Made by a program: the position numbers and the translations under genes
The notes under the pieces: generated by a model
Databases searched by the model: none
Told to the model about the DNA's origin: nothing
The model's input: only the letters and a program-made list of their open reading frames with translations
Shown here: in pieces, positions 1 through 14,150 of the stretch
How the letters are laid out: each line of letters opens with the position of its first letter
Numbering within the stretch: position 1 is the first letter of the stretch
Assembly: GCA_951406725.2 (NCBI GenBank)
Contig: OX597815.1
Coordinates: 150,846,001 to 150,910,000 of the forward strand
From: Octopus vulgaris
Taxonomy: Eukaryota
Length of the DNA: 64,000 nucleotides
Reading direction: 5' to 3'

Positions 1-1337
1 TGCTCGGCTGGCTTCGATTCCTCTACGTCAGCTATATTTTTCTCAACAATTATTATGCTTTCAAACGCCGTTGACCGTTCACCAACATATCAAACTGTCC
101 CTAAAACAAAATCGAGATTTTAAAAAAATTTCAAATTTATCCCGAACTAGCATGATCTCAACAGGAGATGCCATTAATCATAGGTCTACTGGCTCAAAGG
201 TGCCCTGGAGCATAACAAAAAAATAGCAGCCAAATGTCCTTTCAATCACTTTCATCTATAATAAATAAAGAAGGGGACATTTGATAAATTAATCCAGATG
301 GTCACAGCAGTTTAAGCTTTTCTTCATACGTCTAGCGGATCATGGCTGAATTAATAGCGGCAGTAGCAACACCAGCAGCAGCAACGATAACAATTCTTGG
401 AGCCCACGTTATCTTATTCACAGAATTATATTCCATTCCACAGAAATAGAGTTATGAATGCTTCTATGAAATTTACCTGCGAGAGATAAGGATCTTGTCC
501 AAGATGGAAGACTATTTTGCCGGTTATCCTGTTAACCTAAAGGAAAAAACTAGAATTAAGCTGCATATCTCAGAGCTATTATAGCTCTTTATTCTCATAT
601 CAAAGATGATTCGATATCGATATTCTGAAGAATTTTTTTTTTCCATTTTGGAAGAAAATAATTGTTTCTTTCGAAAGGTTTCTCTCCCTTTACTGACTGT
701 CTTCTTATTTCTTGTCTAAGTTGTTCTTGCCCTTGCTCTTGTTGTTGTCATTGTTTTTATTGATGTTGCTATCAATGTTGCTATTGCTGTTGTTGTTGTT
801 GTTGTTGTTGTTGCTGCTGCTGCAGTTGAAGTTCTATTTCAGCCTCGGGCAATGCGTTACAAATCTTTGCAATGTTTGCGAATTATTGGTTATCAGTACA
901 TCCATTTTCTGTGCAAATGTAAATTTTCAGACAAAAGTCTGTATAGCCTATATTTGCAGCTATCACCGGATAACTTGATATATGTCTCTAAGCGAAACAG
1001 AAATGAGAATATAATGTATTTTTTGTTTATTACATTCCTGTACAATCAAAGGTTGAAAGGTGCAAGAACTGTCGAAAAGTGTGTATCTATCTTTGTGTGT
1101 GTGTATGCGTGCATGTGTGTAGGGGTGTGTGTGTATACACACACACATATATATATACAAAAATATATACATATATATCTATGTATATGTATATATATAC
1201 ATACATTCATATACATATATATATACATACATTCATATACATATATATATGCATACTTCCATATACATTTATATATATATACATTCATATACATATATTC
1301 ATATACACACACATATTAGTATTTTTTTTATTTTATC

Positions 1338-1388
1338 TAGTTTCAGCTCACGAGCTGTGGCCATACTGGGGCACCGCCATTTGCTACA
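1338..1388 (-). mobile_element. Severely 5'-truncated copy (3'UTR only) of the LINE at 49.9-55.5 kb
   Basis: gtttcagctcacgagctgtggccatactggggcaccgccattt closely matches 49931-49973; it is embedded in TA-rich microsatellite. Confidence 0.8.
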
Positions 1389-1544
1389 TAGTATATATAT
1401 ATATATATACATTCATATACATATATATACATTTACATATATTCTTATACACACATACATATATACATATATATACATACATTCATATACATATATATAT
1501 ATGTATACATTCATATACATATATATATATACATACATTCATAT

Positions 1545-1575
<31 letters not shown>

Positions 1576-1869
1576 CATACATTCACACACGTATATAGAT
1601 ATATACAAACATTCATATATATATATAAATATGCATACATTCATATACATTTGTATGTATATACATAACGCTCATATACATACATATTCATATACGTATG
1701 TGTATAAGTCTCTGTATGTTTGTATGTATGTATGTATGCATGTATGTACGTATGTATGTATGCATGCATGTATATTGGAATGTAGTTTAATGGAACAACC
1801 GAGACTACATCTATTCACTTATGTAGGTTAGTTTACATATCTATATGTACCATTAGACAGGCACACACA

Positions 1870-1949
<80 letters not shown>

Positions 1950-2061
1950 TATGCGTATAACTTTGTGCAGATATGAAAGTGTATGCGTGTATATAATGTG
2001 GGTGTATGCTTTTCTCATTTATATATTGGTGTCTTCATACAAATATATTCATACACCACTT

Positions 2062-2443
2062 TTATTTGTTCCAGTGATTTGACTGCGACCATGCTGGAGC
2101 ATCGCCTTTTAGTCGAGCAAATCGACCCCAGGATTTACTCTTTGTAAGCCTAGCACTTATTCTATCGGTCCCTTTTGCCGAATCGCTAAGTAACGGAGAC
2201 GTAAATACACCAGCATCGGTTGTCAAGAGATGTTGTGGGGATAAATACGAACACAAACATATACACACACACATACACATATATACGACGGGCTTCTTTC
2301 AGTTTCCGTCTACCAAATCCACTCACAAGACTTTAGTCGGCCCGAGGCTATAGTAGAAGGCACTTGCCCAAGATGCAACGCAGTGGGACTGAACCCGAGC
2401 CATGTGGTTGGGAAGCAAGCAACTTACCACACAGCCACTCCTG
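2062..2443 (-). mobile_element. SINE family B copy
   Basis: Reverse complement of the 58605-59013 family over its full length. Confidence 0.85.
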
Positions 2444-5400
2444 TCTTAGATGTTGCTGCATCCTTTTCTGAAGCAAAAATTGATGCAGTAACATTTTAGA
2501 CACTTACCCATGAAGAATATACCAATAACAACCCAAAACTCACCAAAAGCTACTGAATCCTAGTCTGGTACTAAACCTCGGTCTGTAAGTGGCCGAGTAC
2601 TCCACAGATACGCGTACCCTAAATGTAACTAACAGGCGGAATAAAAGCAAAAATACTTTATTTTCTATTCTTTTCAGTCCTTGCATCGATAGATCAATGA
2701 AATTGATCTATGGAACTAAATCCTTCATTGCTTAACCGAAACAATTGTTAGCTCCCAATAAATGTACATTATCCATTATCTGTATGTGTTCTAGAGACAG
2801 AGAGAGGTGGTCAGAGAGAGATAGAAACAGAGAGAGACACAGAGTGAAAGAGAGAGAGAGAGGGAGCAGTAATTACGTGCTGTATTCATCCAACAATTGG
2901 CCACTCAACATTACTAGCCGTTAGAAGAACCACTTCAACTTACGTAGACAGGATTGCCTTTAACAGCAATAACCACATCAGCTGCTTCAGTATTATCAAT
3001 ACTTTTAATGGTTTGTCCTCTTATAAACAACCATGTATTTGGCGTCTCATATCCTGTCTTTAAACTTCCTCAGGATCCTCGTGCCTATTGTCTTACGGCA
3101 CCTTCTTAAGATTTTCCTGTCAGTGACCATTTCATTTCAATGTGTCAGTATACTATGTGAGCAGGTTGAAGATTATGATTCAGAACTCTTTATAAATTGC
3201 AGTCTTCGTATAGAATATCGCTTGGTTTATTCTTATATAAATAATACAACCCCTTTTTTTGAAGTTTCACAATGCAGACTTTTACACAAAGCCTGTAAGG
3301 GAAAATCATAGATTGACAGTTTTAATTCAGTTACTTAAAATTACTTCCCCACTGAAATGAATAGAGATTCAACGTATTAACATGTTTACATAGATGCAAG
3401 AACCACTGATATATGGAATAGAAAATAAGGCTTTATACCAACATCGCTTCGTGGAGGAATAATTAATCACAGTAAGGAAAATTATATTTAGATAACTCCA
3501 ACCAGAAATTAGAAGCAGATCAACAATAAAGTTCATAGGTATTTTATGTGTTTTCATCCTACTTCAAAACGAAATATTTTCTGTAACGCAGCAGTAAAAG
3601 AAATATTTGTAAGAGCCGAATCAACAGTCGGTGTTGCTTCACGACAGCAGCCTTTTATCTCTCTGACAAAGGTTTTCTCTAGTATTGAGCAACACGCAAT
3701 GAGTGAGAAGTCGCAACAATTGCGACTTCCTGCAATCTCTTATTATCATTCCTACTGATCCCAATTTCATGGCGTAGCTTAAATTACATCACAAAGGCTA
3801 TTATTTTTCATTGAAACCAGACTGCATCTGCCCGTACAACTACAGACCATCAACAAAGATTAGATAAGTTTCACGATTGAATATTTTAGCACTAGGACCA
3901 GTGACTTTAGAGAAAGAGGTCTTAGTCGATTACATCGACCCCCAGTACTTGGCTTGCGTTCCATTTTATCCCGAAATGATAAAAGGATAAAAAGGAAAGT
4001 CAACCTCGTGTGAAACTAAACATTATTTCTGACGTGTTAACGGTTCTATTGGATCGCAGCTTTATCCACTATGGAATAATATAGTTCCTGCAGACGGCAC
4101 GGCTATTATACACGCAAACATCTTGAATCGTGGTTAAATGAAGGCCAACTAATTCGTAAAGACACGCTACATTTCCTCTGACCTTCATGCATGGTGTCTT
4201 TCCATTATTATATCACCACTGTAACAGCCTTTGTTCCTCTTACTAGCTTTTTTATACATACTCACTGGCCAACAAACAACACACGCTGCCTCATAAACGT
4301 GAGTTACCTCATTCAATGTACTCCATCACAACCAAAATAATAGTTACAGAATAGGGGATAATATTCCATATCTGCTCTTTAAAACCAGCTAATTATGTCC
4401 TCCACTGCTGAACGTCGATGATTCGTTCATCAACAGACTCCGAAACTCAGGGTGTCATCCTTCTGTTTATTCTGTTGTTACAACAGTTTTTTCTTCTCTC
4501 CAGACATGGCCACGCTGCGGATTGTTCCACTCACCAACACACTACACCCTCTATATACAGACCCACGCATATTTATCCTCACCTTAACTTGTCTACAGCT
4601 ACTACAACGGTAGCTGCTTCCCTGAACAATTTAGCTGCCTACCTTCCCCACCCTAGACATACATTTTACCATTTAGTCAGGGGGTAAGTTAGCACCCATG
4701 ACACTTTTCGTTACTTCCGACACTGAGGAGGAAGGGACGGAGAGAGGAAGGGAAGAAAATGTCCTCAAAGTTACGAATACTTACAACGAAGAGGACTAAA
4801 GACGTTCAATGTGCCAAGCAATGGTGCTGAACTAGAAGACGGATCAAGTCTACTTAAGGCAGGGAGCTAGCAGAATCGTTAGCAAGGCCAGCAATTTTGT
4901 TTTATCACTGTCTCTCCTTATAGGTTCGAAACCGTGTATCACTCTATTATGACTCAGATAAACCAACAGGAGAGCCTCTATGGCATAGACGTTCTCGCTA
5001 TTAGAGAGCTGCGTTATTATTCGGGCTCCTAAAAATATCAGTCAGATATATTTCATACCACACCCTACCAATTTAAAATAATGGAAGGATACGTTAAATT
5101 ACAGTCTTATACACACTGTATAAAAGAAATATGAAAGGATGGTCACGTTTGGAAAGTTTTTGGTCATAAGTCTGCTCGATTAAGTGTGACCCAGGGTAAA
5201 AAGAGAACCAACAATAATCTGTTTTATAATAAGAGTTTTATTTCCCTGTACGTTCGTTTGTCACATGCTCTCCGTGGATCAAAATAATTTCAAATTTATT
5301 TACGAAACTAAACCTCAACTTGCTTAAAATGATAATTTTTATGAGTCTAGGATCCTAACCCTAACCGTAACCCCATGGAAAAGAACCCCGCAAGGACATA

Positions 5401-5533
5401 CCCCTGAGGACAACAGATGATGATTTAAAACTTCTTAATATATTAGAGAAGAGGTAATTGCCCTAGGGGGCAGTTGTCATCGGAGGGAATTGTCCTGATA
5501 CGCGTTTTTATTACTGTTATTAGTTTTGATTGT

Positions 5534-5814
5534 GTGGAGACGCAATGGCCCAGTGGTTAGGGCAGAGGACTCGCTGTCGTAGGATCGCGGTTTCGATTCC
5601 CAGACCGGGCGTTTTGAGTGTTTATTGAGCGAGAACATCTAAAGCTCCAGTGGGTGGTGGCGATCCCTGCTGTCTTCTCTCGCCGCAACTTTCTCTCACT
5701 CTTTCTTCTGTTGGCCTGCATGCTTAGCCAGTGGGGTGGCGTCATTTGAAGCGCATTGTAATCAGTGATATGTAGCAACATCTGATAGCCTGGTCGATCA
5801 CGGTGATCACGGTG
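5534..5814 (+). mobile_element. tRNA-derived SINE family C with 15-bp TSD
   Basis: TGGCCCAGTGGTTAGG (A box), GGTTTCGATTCC (B box); TSD ATTAGTTTTGATTGT at 5519-5533 and 5815-5829. Confidence 0.9.
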
Positions 5815-6823
5815 ATTAGTTTTGATTGTATTTTTCCGGGTTTTGTTGTGATTCAAGAAATAGAAAGTAAATGTTCTTTCAGATTACACCTTACCTTGTT
5901 GAAAATAAAGGACACACTGGATAATGTAACTCTTGCTACACGGTTTTTGATCAGGGATTATCTGGGTTTAAATCACAGTAATAACAACGATTTTGCTGCT
6001 TTCGAATATATTTATTCATTTTATGGAATGATCATGAAGTGTATTTTTTTAACTTCCATCCTCTAAACATCTTCGTCCTTGATGTATCTCCTAATTTCTC
6101 ATTTCTATTGCTTCTTTTGGTAAATTTCTATGAGATTGTACACATTTAGCATTGCTATTTGAATAATCTTTTGAAGCTTCTTGTGAATATATATCTTCAG
6201 GATTTTATAAGGTTTTACAAACGCTTGCATAAACAAGGAGTATTATCGTTCACTTTTCATGTCGCTTCTCGAAGCGAAAGATGTTTACGAAATGAAAAAA
6301 TGTTCTATTTGACTTGCTCGATTACGGAGAGCTTCGAAAAGTTTAGAAGTCGAACCATGCAGAGATTAATCAAAGAAAAATAAGGGCTGTTTCCTTTTTG
6401 TTTTTGCTTTTAGATAAATAATTCACTTTCTTCTTCATCTTGTCTTTTCTTACTTTTACTGGTATCAGTCATTAACGTGAGGCACCGCCTTTAAGTATTT
6501 TAATCGAACGAATCGACTCTAGTCCTTTTTTAAGCCTCGTACTTATTTTATCGGTTACTTTTGTCGAACTGTTTAAAAGTTTACAAGTACGTAAAAATAC
6601 CGACTTTGGTTGCCAAGCGGTGGTGGGGGACAAATACACTCAAAGGCACACACACAAGCACACGCACATACTCACACACAAATACACACAAATATTTTAT
6701 TAATACTGTTACCCCAGCCGCCACTACGAAGTTCCTGCAATAAATCTACGGATAACAACAGGTAATCGAAACTCTACCGGTGCTTTACTCTTCATCTATA
6801 TATACATTTTATACAATTTCTCC

Positions 6824-6870
<47 letters not shown>

Positions 6871-7084
6871 TTCATTGGCCAAATCCACTCGCAAGGCTTT
6901 GGTCAACCCGAGGTTATAGTAGCAGACACTTGCCCAAGGTGCCACGCAGTGAGAATGAACTCGAAACTATGTGGTTGGATAGGAAATTTCTTTATTTTAT
7001 GAAATTGGCACTAATCGCCTTATACAGAGGGGACAGCACAAGTTGGACACAAAAAAAAAACGAAACTAATGGAGGGAATGAAAT

Positions 7085-8070
7085 TATATAATGAAAGATG
7101 AAATGAAGTCACTTTTGACCCAACCCAATCAACAGCCGGCAACATTTTTACATTAAGCAGCTTGGATCCGCTGCCACCCAGACCCCGGCGGATAGTATTT
7201 TCTATCCACTCGGATTCTATCCCAAGTGGCAACCCACAGACCCAAGCTCTTGTGAACTTCTTCCCACAATACGTGGGAAGAAACAAAATTTCTTTGCCCA
7301 CTAAGGGCTGGCTCGCAAATTTGCGAGCCTCCCCAGGAATGTGAAACAGCAACCACACCGTGGCATACTTGACCTCCAGCCCTGGAAATTTTATTACTTT
7401 ATAGATGGCAGATACTCTGCCAACTCTTTTTCAATTTTTATCTTTTTAAAGAGGGTGATGGTGTCGAGCGACTTTGAGTAAGTCCTCAACACCACCGTCC
7501 TATCTTCAAAGTCATTTATCCACTATTTGGGTGGGATAATCTCCAACTCCAACGCAGTGTTGTTCATCTTTTTTGCCATGTTTGGGGGGAGGGGAAGTTC
7601 ACAGAAAAACAAACGTTCAAAGCGTTCAAAAAACAAAAAGGAAGAAAGGAAAACAGTTAAAAAACACAGCAAACTATTCTTCTGACTGTCTTGGTACTCC
7701 TGACAAACTCGGTAATCCACTTGGTAATCCAGGGTACAAAACAGTACAGTCACACAACAATTTCACCAAAAAATGGGTAAAAAATAAGCACAATGTTCGC
7801 AATTATTGAAGGAGGGATACGCCCCCAAAACACACTTCTCACCGCTAAGTGAGATACTTATGCCCAACTACAGGCAGACAGATGCCCGGAACTCAGTGAG
7901 GATTTCTTACTTGAAAAGAAAAAATAAACACCAAACAACAAACCCCCACTGAATCTCAAAAAGCAAAAGTCTTACCTTGCAGTTGAGCTTCACTTAATTC
8001 GCCGTCACGCTGCAAACCAGCATGGCCACTTCCTTCAGTGCAAACAAAGACACTGACAACAACGCATTCC
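7085..8070 (-). mobile_element. Possible 5' fragment (5'UTR + ORF1 N-terminus) of an L1/Tx1-like LINE
   Basis: GC-richer island with broken frames (RTVVLRTYS...; KYATVWLLF...FLPTYCGK...AWVCGLPLGI); assignment is from general resemblance only. Confidence 0.35.
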
Positions 8071-10070
8071 TGTAAGCAAGCTTCTTACCACACAACCACT
8101 CCTGCGCCTATAAAAGCGAAATGTGAAATAACGGTTTCAAATTTGTAGCACAAGGCCAGAAATTTCGGGGGCAGGGACTAATCGATTATATCAACCCCGG
8201 AGTTTGACTGATACTCATTTTATCGACCCCAAAAGGATGAAATGTAAAGTAGACATCGGCGAGATTTGAACTCAGAACGTAAAAGAGGGCAAAAAGTCGG
8301 TAAGCTTTTTTCCTAGTGTGCTAACGATTCTAGAGCCACGCTCCATTGCCAGAAAAAGAAAACAGAGATGGCGTAGGAGGTCACTTTATGTCTTATCCCG
8401 ATAACCATTGACCAGGTGCCCTCATCTCCCTACCATTATCAATAGCATCTCAATCTCCTAACGAGAAGGGACACAAACAAAATATGGGAAAGGCCTCGAA
8501 TAAGAGACGATTCATCCCACCAAGAAAATATCAAACCTCAACAAGAAGCATCTGAAAGAAAAGGCGAGAAAGAAAAGCCGTGTGTTGTGAAGTGGTTAAC
8601 GAGAAACTGAAAGCAGTGTATTTCCAGATGAACTACACATTTGATAACGAATTATTCTCAGAAGACTATTTTATCAGAAGCAGAATTATATAAACATGCT
8701 TCAGGCAGACTATATATAAAATATTCATCAGCATCCTACATGCATTTAAATCTCGTTGGGATTTTTGTAACTCACTACAATTAACAAAAATAACGTTAAC
8801 GACCGCCTTAGTTGCCCCAGAAATCAGAACCAAGAGCAGCTGAAGGAAGATCCGTGGGATGCCCTGGCACACTCAAGCTGGCGCTTTCCAACTCGTGAAT
8901 GGATGGGCAAACCTAAATATTTCTCTATGTATATTATTAAATAATATATTGTTATTGTTGTTTCTCTTATAGTTATTTAATTTTTATAAGTCCTTAATTT
9001 ACTCACATTTTTAAGTATCTTTCTCTATTTTTATACACCTTTGTCTTATCACAGAATGAACACTAACAAGAAAATTTTTGAATATTCAATACAAAACGAA
9101 ATTATTTCGATTAGTTTAGCAAATATTTTGAACAGCCAATAATGTGGGATCAAATCAAAGCATTCTTGTAGTGAATGCAATTACTGGACAGGTTCCTTTC
9201 GCTTATTTTCTAATCGTCCAGTGCCATTTGGTAACAAAGAACTGGTCAGTTGTTTCGTAGGATTTTACAAACACGAGTTTAATGCTTGTTTGCTATTTTT
9301 TTTAATTTTCACTTATTGTGTTCCACAAAAGTTTGGAGAGCATTTTTATAAACTGGCAGATGACAAGTTCTAGGGAAATAGTTAGATGGATCATCTGTTG
9401 GCCTTTATTTGAGGATCATTGTTGACCAACTAGTAAAGAGCATTATAGGGATTTGTTTATGATTGTTTACGAAGGCATTGAAGATGGCTGGTTTCTAGCA
9501 GTGCCGTATGTAAAACAGCAACAACTAAAGTTTCGAATGTTATCAATTCAAGTACTTTATACAATGCAGGGATTTTATCCAGTTTCCGGAGCTTTTCTTT
9601 AATTTACTGAATCTGGGAGATGGCTCGGTTCTGATAACCTTCCAGGCCCTCCGAGACCCGCGAGATTGATACCATCAATGTTTCCTTAAGATTGTTGCAG
9701 GTCAGCATATGCAGGAAGCACATGAGTAGGGAACAGACTGTAGTTGGTGGTTGGTTTGTGTTGAAGCAGTGGACTGGGCACAACAGGGATGACGAGGGAT
9801 GGGAGATGAAAGAGTCGGAAATACCAAAGCGGATGAGGGACAACACCAGCTAGTTCCAAAGAGAAGCCGTTATAGTTGTGAGAGAAAAGTCAGAGAGAGA
9901 GGAAACAACATGCCTGAGAGCAATACACCATTGGGTCCTCCATCATTTGATCCTTGTAGGATGCAGGAGGATGAAATATATTCCGGCCCTGAAAAGAAGG
10001 GTCAGTTTTTGAGATGCAGTCCTAGCTGTTTAAATGCAAGCATAAAATAATACATTGTAATGCTTCGAGG

Positions 10071-10320
10071 GTGGAGGCGCGTGGCTTAGTGGTCAAGGTG
10101 TTGGGCTCATGATCGTATGATTGTGGTCGGGCAACGATTCTTGGACGAGCAACGCGTTGTGTTCTTGAGAAAAACACTTCACCTCACGCTGCTCCAGTCC
10201 ACTCAGCTGGCAAAAGTGAGTAATCCTGCGACGGACTGGCGTCCCATCCAGGATGAGAATATATACAGCATTGAAACCGGGAAACCAGCCCTCATGACCC
10301 TGGCATGGCTCGTGAAGGAA
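10071..10320 (+). mobile_element. tRNA-derived SINE (head variant C2)
   Basis: GTGGCTTAGTGGTCAAGG head; body shared with 62085; tail shared with 10551-10845. Confidence 0.8.
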
Positions 10321-10472
10321 ACACCTATTTTTATTTGTGTTAATGCTTTGAGGGTATTTTCAATTCTCTTTTTACTATATATTCTTATAACCTGGCAATA
10401 TTTTTGCCATATTTAGTTTCATTTACATTATTTACATTTGACGGATATTTGTCTTAAACTTGTTTGTTGTTA

Positions 10473-10516
10473 ACACAACGTTTCGGCTGATATACCCTCA
10501 AGCCTTCATCAGGTGT
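10473..10516 (-). ncRNA. Minimal (dimer-type) hammerhead ribozyme of the family also at 41148-41172 and 43608-43655
   Basis: ACAC-CTGATGA-aGGCT...AGCC-GAAAC-GTT-GTGT; stem III is the palindrome AACGTT with no loop. Confidence 0.7.
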
Positions 10517-10550
10517 AAATAATATACATAAATCCTCATCTCTTAAATAT

Positions 10551-10845
10551 GTTTGTTCCTTCTCTAGCCATTCCTGGCTCATAAGGGCCGGTTTCCTGGT
10601 TTCCTTGGCGTATAGGTTCCCCACCTGGATGGGACGCCGGTCCGTCGCAGGTGAGCTGCGAGATGCACGGGAAAAGAGTGAAAGAAAGTTGTGGCAAAAG
10701 AGTCAGCAGAAGTTACCTTCTGCCGGAGCTGCGTGAAGCTTAGGTATTTCGCTCATAAACACACACATCGCCCGCTCTGGAATTCGTGCCCGCGATCCTT
10801 CGACCGCGAGTCGGTTGCTCTAACCACTAGGCCATGTGCCTCCAC
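10551..10845 (-). mobile_element. SINE family C copy with 11-bp TSD, inserted in a hammerhead-bearing element
   Basis: TSD CTCTTAAATAT at 10540-10550 and 10846-10856; the head matches 5534. Confidence 0.9.
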
Positions 10846-11469
10846 CTCTTAAATATAGAATTGTATTATTTAGCTTTGTTGTCATAAACAAGTTACCAAA
10901 ATTTTTTTCTGTATCTTTAGTGGGTATCGCATCAATTTTTCTGTTCTTACCACGAATTGTTCTAAACAATTCTTTCGGATTGTTTTCTAAAGCGTGATTT
11001 TAAATGTACCAGGTGTTTTGTATTCGAATGCTCTACATTTTCAATCTTTTATTTCAAGCGTTCCAATGTTTGCAGTGGAGTTTGTTCTCTGTTTCAGTTG
11101 TATTAACTCAATATGTGGAACTTAGTTTTGTTAATTTTTCTATAAATGTTATATATACTATCTCCTGGATTCCTTTTCGTCCTTCGTTACGTTAAAAAAA
11201 ATATTCTGTGATTTCCTCTTCCAGTTCTCTATTCTTTCTTATCTTTTCTCTTTTGTAACGTTGCATTGTATACTTAATCCTGTTGTGAGTTTGCAAACAC
11301 ATATAAACTTACTTAACCGGGAATTACAATTGTGTGTTATGATGTTATGATTTTTAATCTCCCTTTTTACATTGTTGATAGCTACGCTTATATCTATGTT
11401 GTTCTCTTAAGGAAATGTCTATAAATCATGTGAATTATTTCAGTATACTGTTTTTTTTTTAGCAAGCTG

Positions 11470-11600
11470 TTGGCATATGTATCATCACTTTCTTGTTCAA
11501 CTACTTTAAGATGTCGCCGAGTTCTAGCAACAAAGGCGAGATTTGCATTTACTGAAAAAATACAGTAACTTAAATTGCTTATATCACCATTTTTAATATT
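11470..11600 (-). mobile_element. Decayed GIY-YIG (Penelope-like) remnant
   Basis: SNLSYCIF...KCKS..FVARTRRHLKV across frames resembles N.VY.F.C.C...YVG.T.RHL..R. Confidence 0.45.
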
Positions 11601-11656
11601 GTAATGTGTTCGCATTAACAGAGATATTACTATCATGACTGTTACTATTATTCACT

Positions 11657-11858
11657 TCTACTCTAGGTACAAGGCCCGAAATTTTGGGGGTGGGGAGGCC
11701 AGTCGATTAGATCGACCCAGCACGCAACTGGTACTTAATTTATCGATCCCCGAAAGGATGAAAGGCAAAGTCGACCTCGGCGGAATTTGAACTCAGAACG
11801 TAAAGACAGACGAAGCATTTCGCCCGGCGTGCTAACGTTTCTGCCAGATCGTCGCCTT
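11657..11858 (-). mobile_element. SINE family A copy (more diverged copies at ~3890-4060, 8140-8330, 60425-60632)
   Basis: cgaaaggatgaaaggcaaagtcgacctcggcggaatttgaactcagaacg core. Confidence 0.85.
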
Positions 11859-12186
11859 AGAATTATTTGCAAATAAATTGCAACACTCTATACAGCCTCG
11901 ACTTCTAACGTCGTCAACGACTTATTCGTTTCATGCCGAAGTGTTGTCATATTGTTCAGTGGACACATGCCTATTTATTTTATTATGACTGTGGATATAC
12001 AGGGATTTATCGAGGAACAGATAGCCCTAAAAATGTGCTCAGTAGTCTCATCTCGTTGCACAAAGTATATGGCTTGCATTTCCTGATACAATTTTTTAAA
12101 TAATTTATTCATGAAATTATTTATGGTTATATGCTGGTGCTGTATAGCTCAGTGTTGTTGAAACATTGTTCGCTTATTCACCCTGC

Positions 12187-12571
12187 GTGGAGGCGCAATT
12201 GTCCAGTGGTTAGGACAGCGAACTTGCGATCAAAGGATCGCGGTTTCGATTCTCAGACCGGGCATTGTGGGTCTTTATTGAGCGAAAACACCTAAATGTC
12301 CACGAGTCTCCAGCTGGTTGGGGTGGCGATGATCTATGCTGTACTCTTTCACCACAACTTTGTCTCACTCTTTCTTCCTCTTTCTGTTGTACCTGTATTT
12401 CAAAGGGCCAGCCTTGTCACACTCTGTGACACGCTGAATCTCCCCGAGAACTACGTTAAGGGTACAGGTGTCTGTGGAGTGTTCAGCCGCTGACACGTTA
12501 ATTTCACGAGCAGGCTGTTCCTTTGATCGAATCAACTGGAATCCTCGTCGTCGTAACCGACGGAGAGCCAC
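12187..12571 (+). mobile_element. SINE family C copy (alternative tail)
   Basis: Head matches 5534; tail matches 62230-62400. Confidence 0.85.
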
Positions 12572-12756
12572 GATTTACTCTGTATCAAGTATGAAGAATA
12601 TTCAGCACGGATTCGCTTTTCTCCATTTTTAATTTGAAACACCGTGCAGAATATTTACATTTTACTTCTTATTTCTGGTGGTGGTGGCGGAAGTGGTGGT
12701 TGTGTGTCACTGTTGTTCGTGATGATGATAATAATAATCCTTTCTATTATAAAATG

Positions 12757-13030
12757 CGTTTGATCCAGTCTGCATTTTCATTGTATGGTTTCTCATCACT
12801 CCAGATCTCTTTCCAAAAGTTTTCAACTTCTTCCATTAGGGGTGTGTTTTCAATGGTTATTTTTTTCTTTCCCTATTTCCCTGTAAAATGATTTGGCATT
12901 GGATTTGAACATCTTATTTTGTTTGTAGTATTTGATTCTTTTCTCAAATCTGCGTATTCTCTGAGCTTTAGCCTGAACTTTTTGTTTAAGTGTTTCTTTC
13001 GCTGAGGTTAGTTATTCTCTTATTGAGAGT
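12757..13030 (-). mobile_element. R4/Dong-type pre-RT internal fragment
   Basis: Minus frame reads LKQKVQAKAQRIRRFEKRIKYYKQNKMFKSNAKSFYREI...VENFWKEIWS, typical of the region upstream of RT in RLE LINEs. Confidence 0.75.
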
Positions 13031-13036
13031 CCATTA

Positions 13037-13083
<47 letters not shown>

Positions 13084-13168
13084 GTTATTATTATTATTAT
13101 CATCATCATTATTATTATTATCATTATTGTTATTATTATTATTATCATCATCATTATTATTATCATCA

Positions 13169-13236
<68 letters not shown>

Positions 13237-13249
13237 GTTATTATTATTA

Positions 13250-13497
13250 CAGAAACAAAGATCAGGTCCGGTCTTATTCCTTTATGTGGGCAGCGGGTAA
13301 CGACCTCTAACCTTAGGTATCCACATGATTTCGACAGTATTTCAAGTGCTTAGGACCCTCTTGATAATCCTTGCTGTCCCTAATAGACAAACTTTCTGTA
13401 GAAGATCTACCGGGCATTCTATTTCAATCTCTCTCAGCCATTTGTCTATATCTTGGCTTACTGTTCCCATTGCACCAATTATTATAGGCATGACATT
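13250..13497 (-). mobile_element. R4/Dong-type extreme 3' end (second subfamily)
   Basis: Minus frame reads PIIIGAMGTVSQDIDKWLREIEIECPVDLLQKVCLLGTARIIKRVLST*, then a 3'UTR and (TAA)n. Confidence 0.8.
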
Positions 13498-13499
13498 AT

Positions 13500-14058
13500 G
13501 CTCCAAATTCTGCCTATTCAAAATTTTAAGGGACTGTGTTTCCTTTGCTTTTCTTCCTCTTTTAATTCACTTAGTTCCTCTAATTAGTTCATTTAGTATC
13601 CAGTTAAGGATATTGTAGCTGTAACTTATAACTGGGACGGCTAAAGTGTTAATACCTATTATCTTGTTTTTAGCATTGAGTTCAGTTTTCAGTATTGATT
13701 TAACTCGTCTATAGTATTCTTTCTTTATTTTCTCTTTCATTTGTGTGTGTTGTGTCATGTCTAGTTCATGGATTTCTAAATATTTGTAAGTTGGGCTTTG
13801 GTCTAATTCTCTTACTTCATTGGCTTTATCTAGTGTGATGTTTCTGCTCTTCACTAGTTTCCCTCTTTTCAGTGTTACTTTGGCGCATTTTTCTAATCCA
13901 AATTTCATATCTATTTCTTTGGTAAATCCATGAACTGTCTTTAATAGTGTTTCCAGCTGTTTGTCATTTGTAGCGTATAGTTTTAGGTCATCCATAAATA
14001 AAAGGTAGTTGATCGTTTTGCCGTAACATTTGTATCCGCATCCAGTTCTATTTATCAT
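13500..14058 (-). mobile_element. R4/Dong-type internal RT fragment
   Basis: INYLLFMDDLKLYA, FGLEKCA, YKYLE, ELNAKNKIIGINTLA; homologous to 43088-42650. Confidence 0.9.
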
Positions 14059-14079
14059 ATTTTAATATTATTATTATTA

Positions 14080-14147
<68 letters not shown>

Positions 14148-14150
<3 letters not shown>

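Noticed and set aside
775-910. Minus-strand poly-Q exon
   Set aside because: The frame is closed by stops on both sides and is explained by a (CAA/CAG)n microsatellite.
8690-8736. CTGATGA-type motifs at ~8730(-), 19143, 40102 and 49348
   Set aside because: I found no convincing stem I/II pairing or GAAA-stem III-NUH arrangement.
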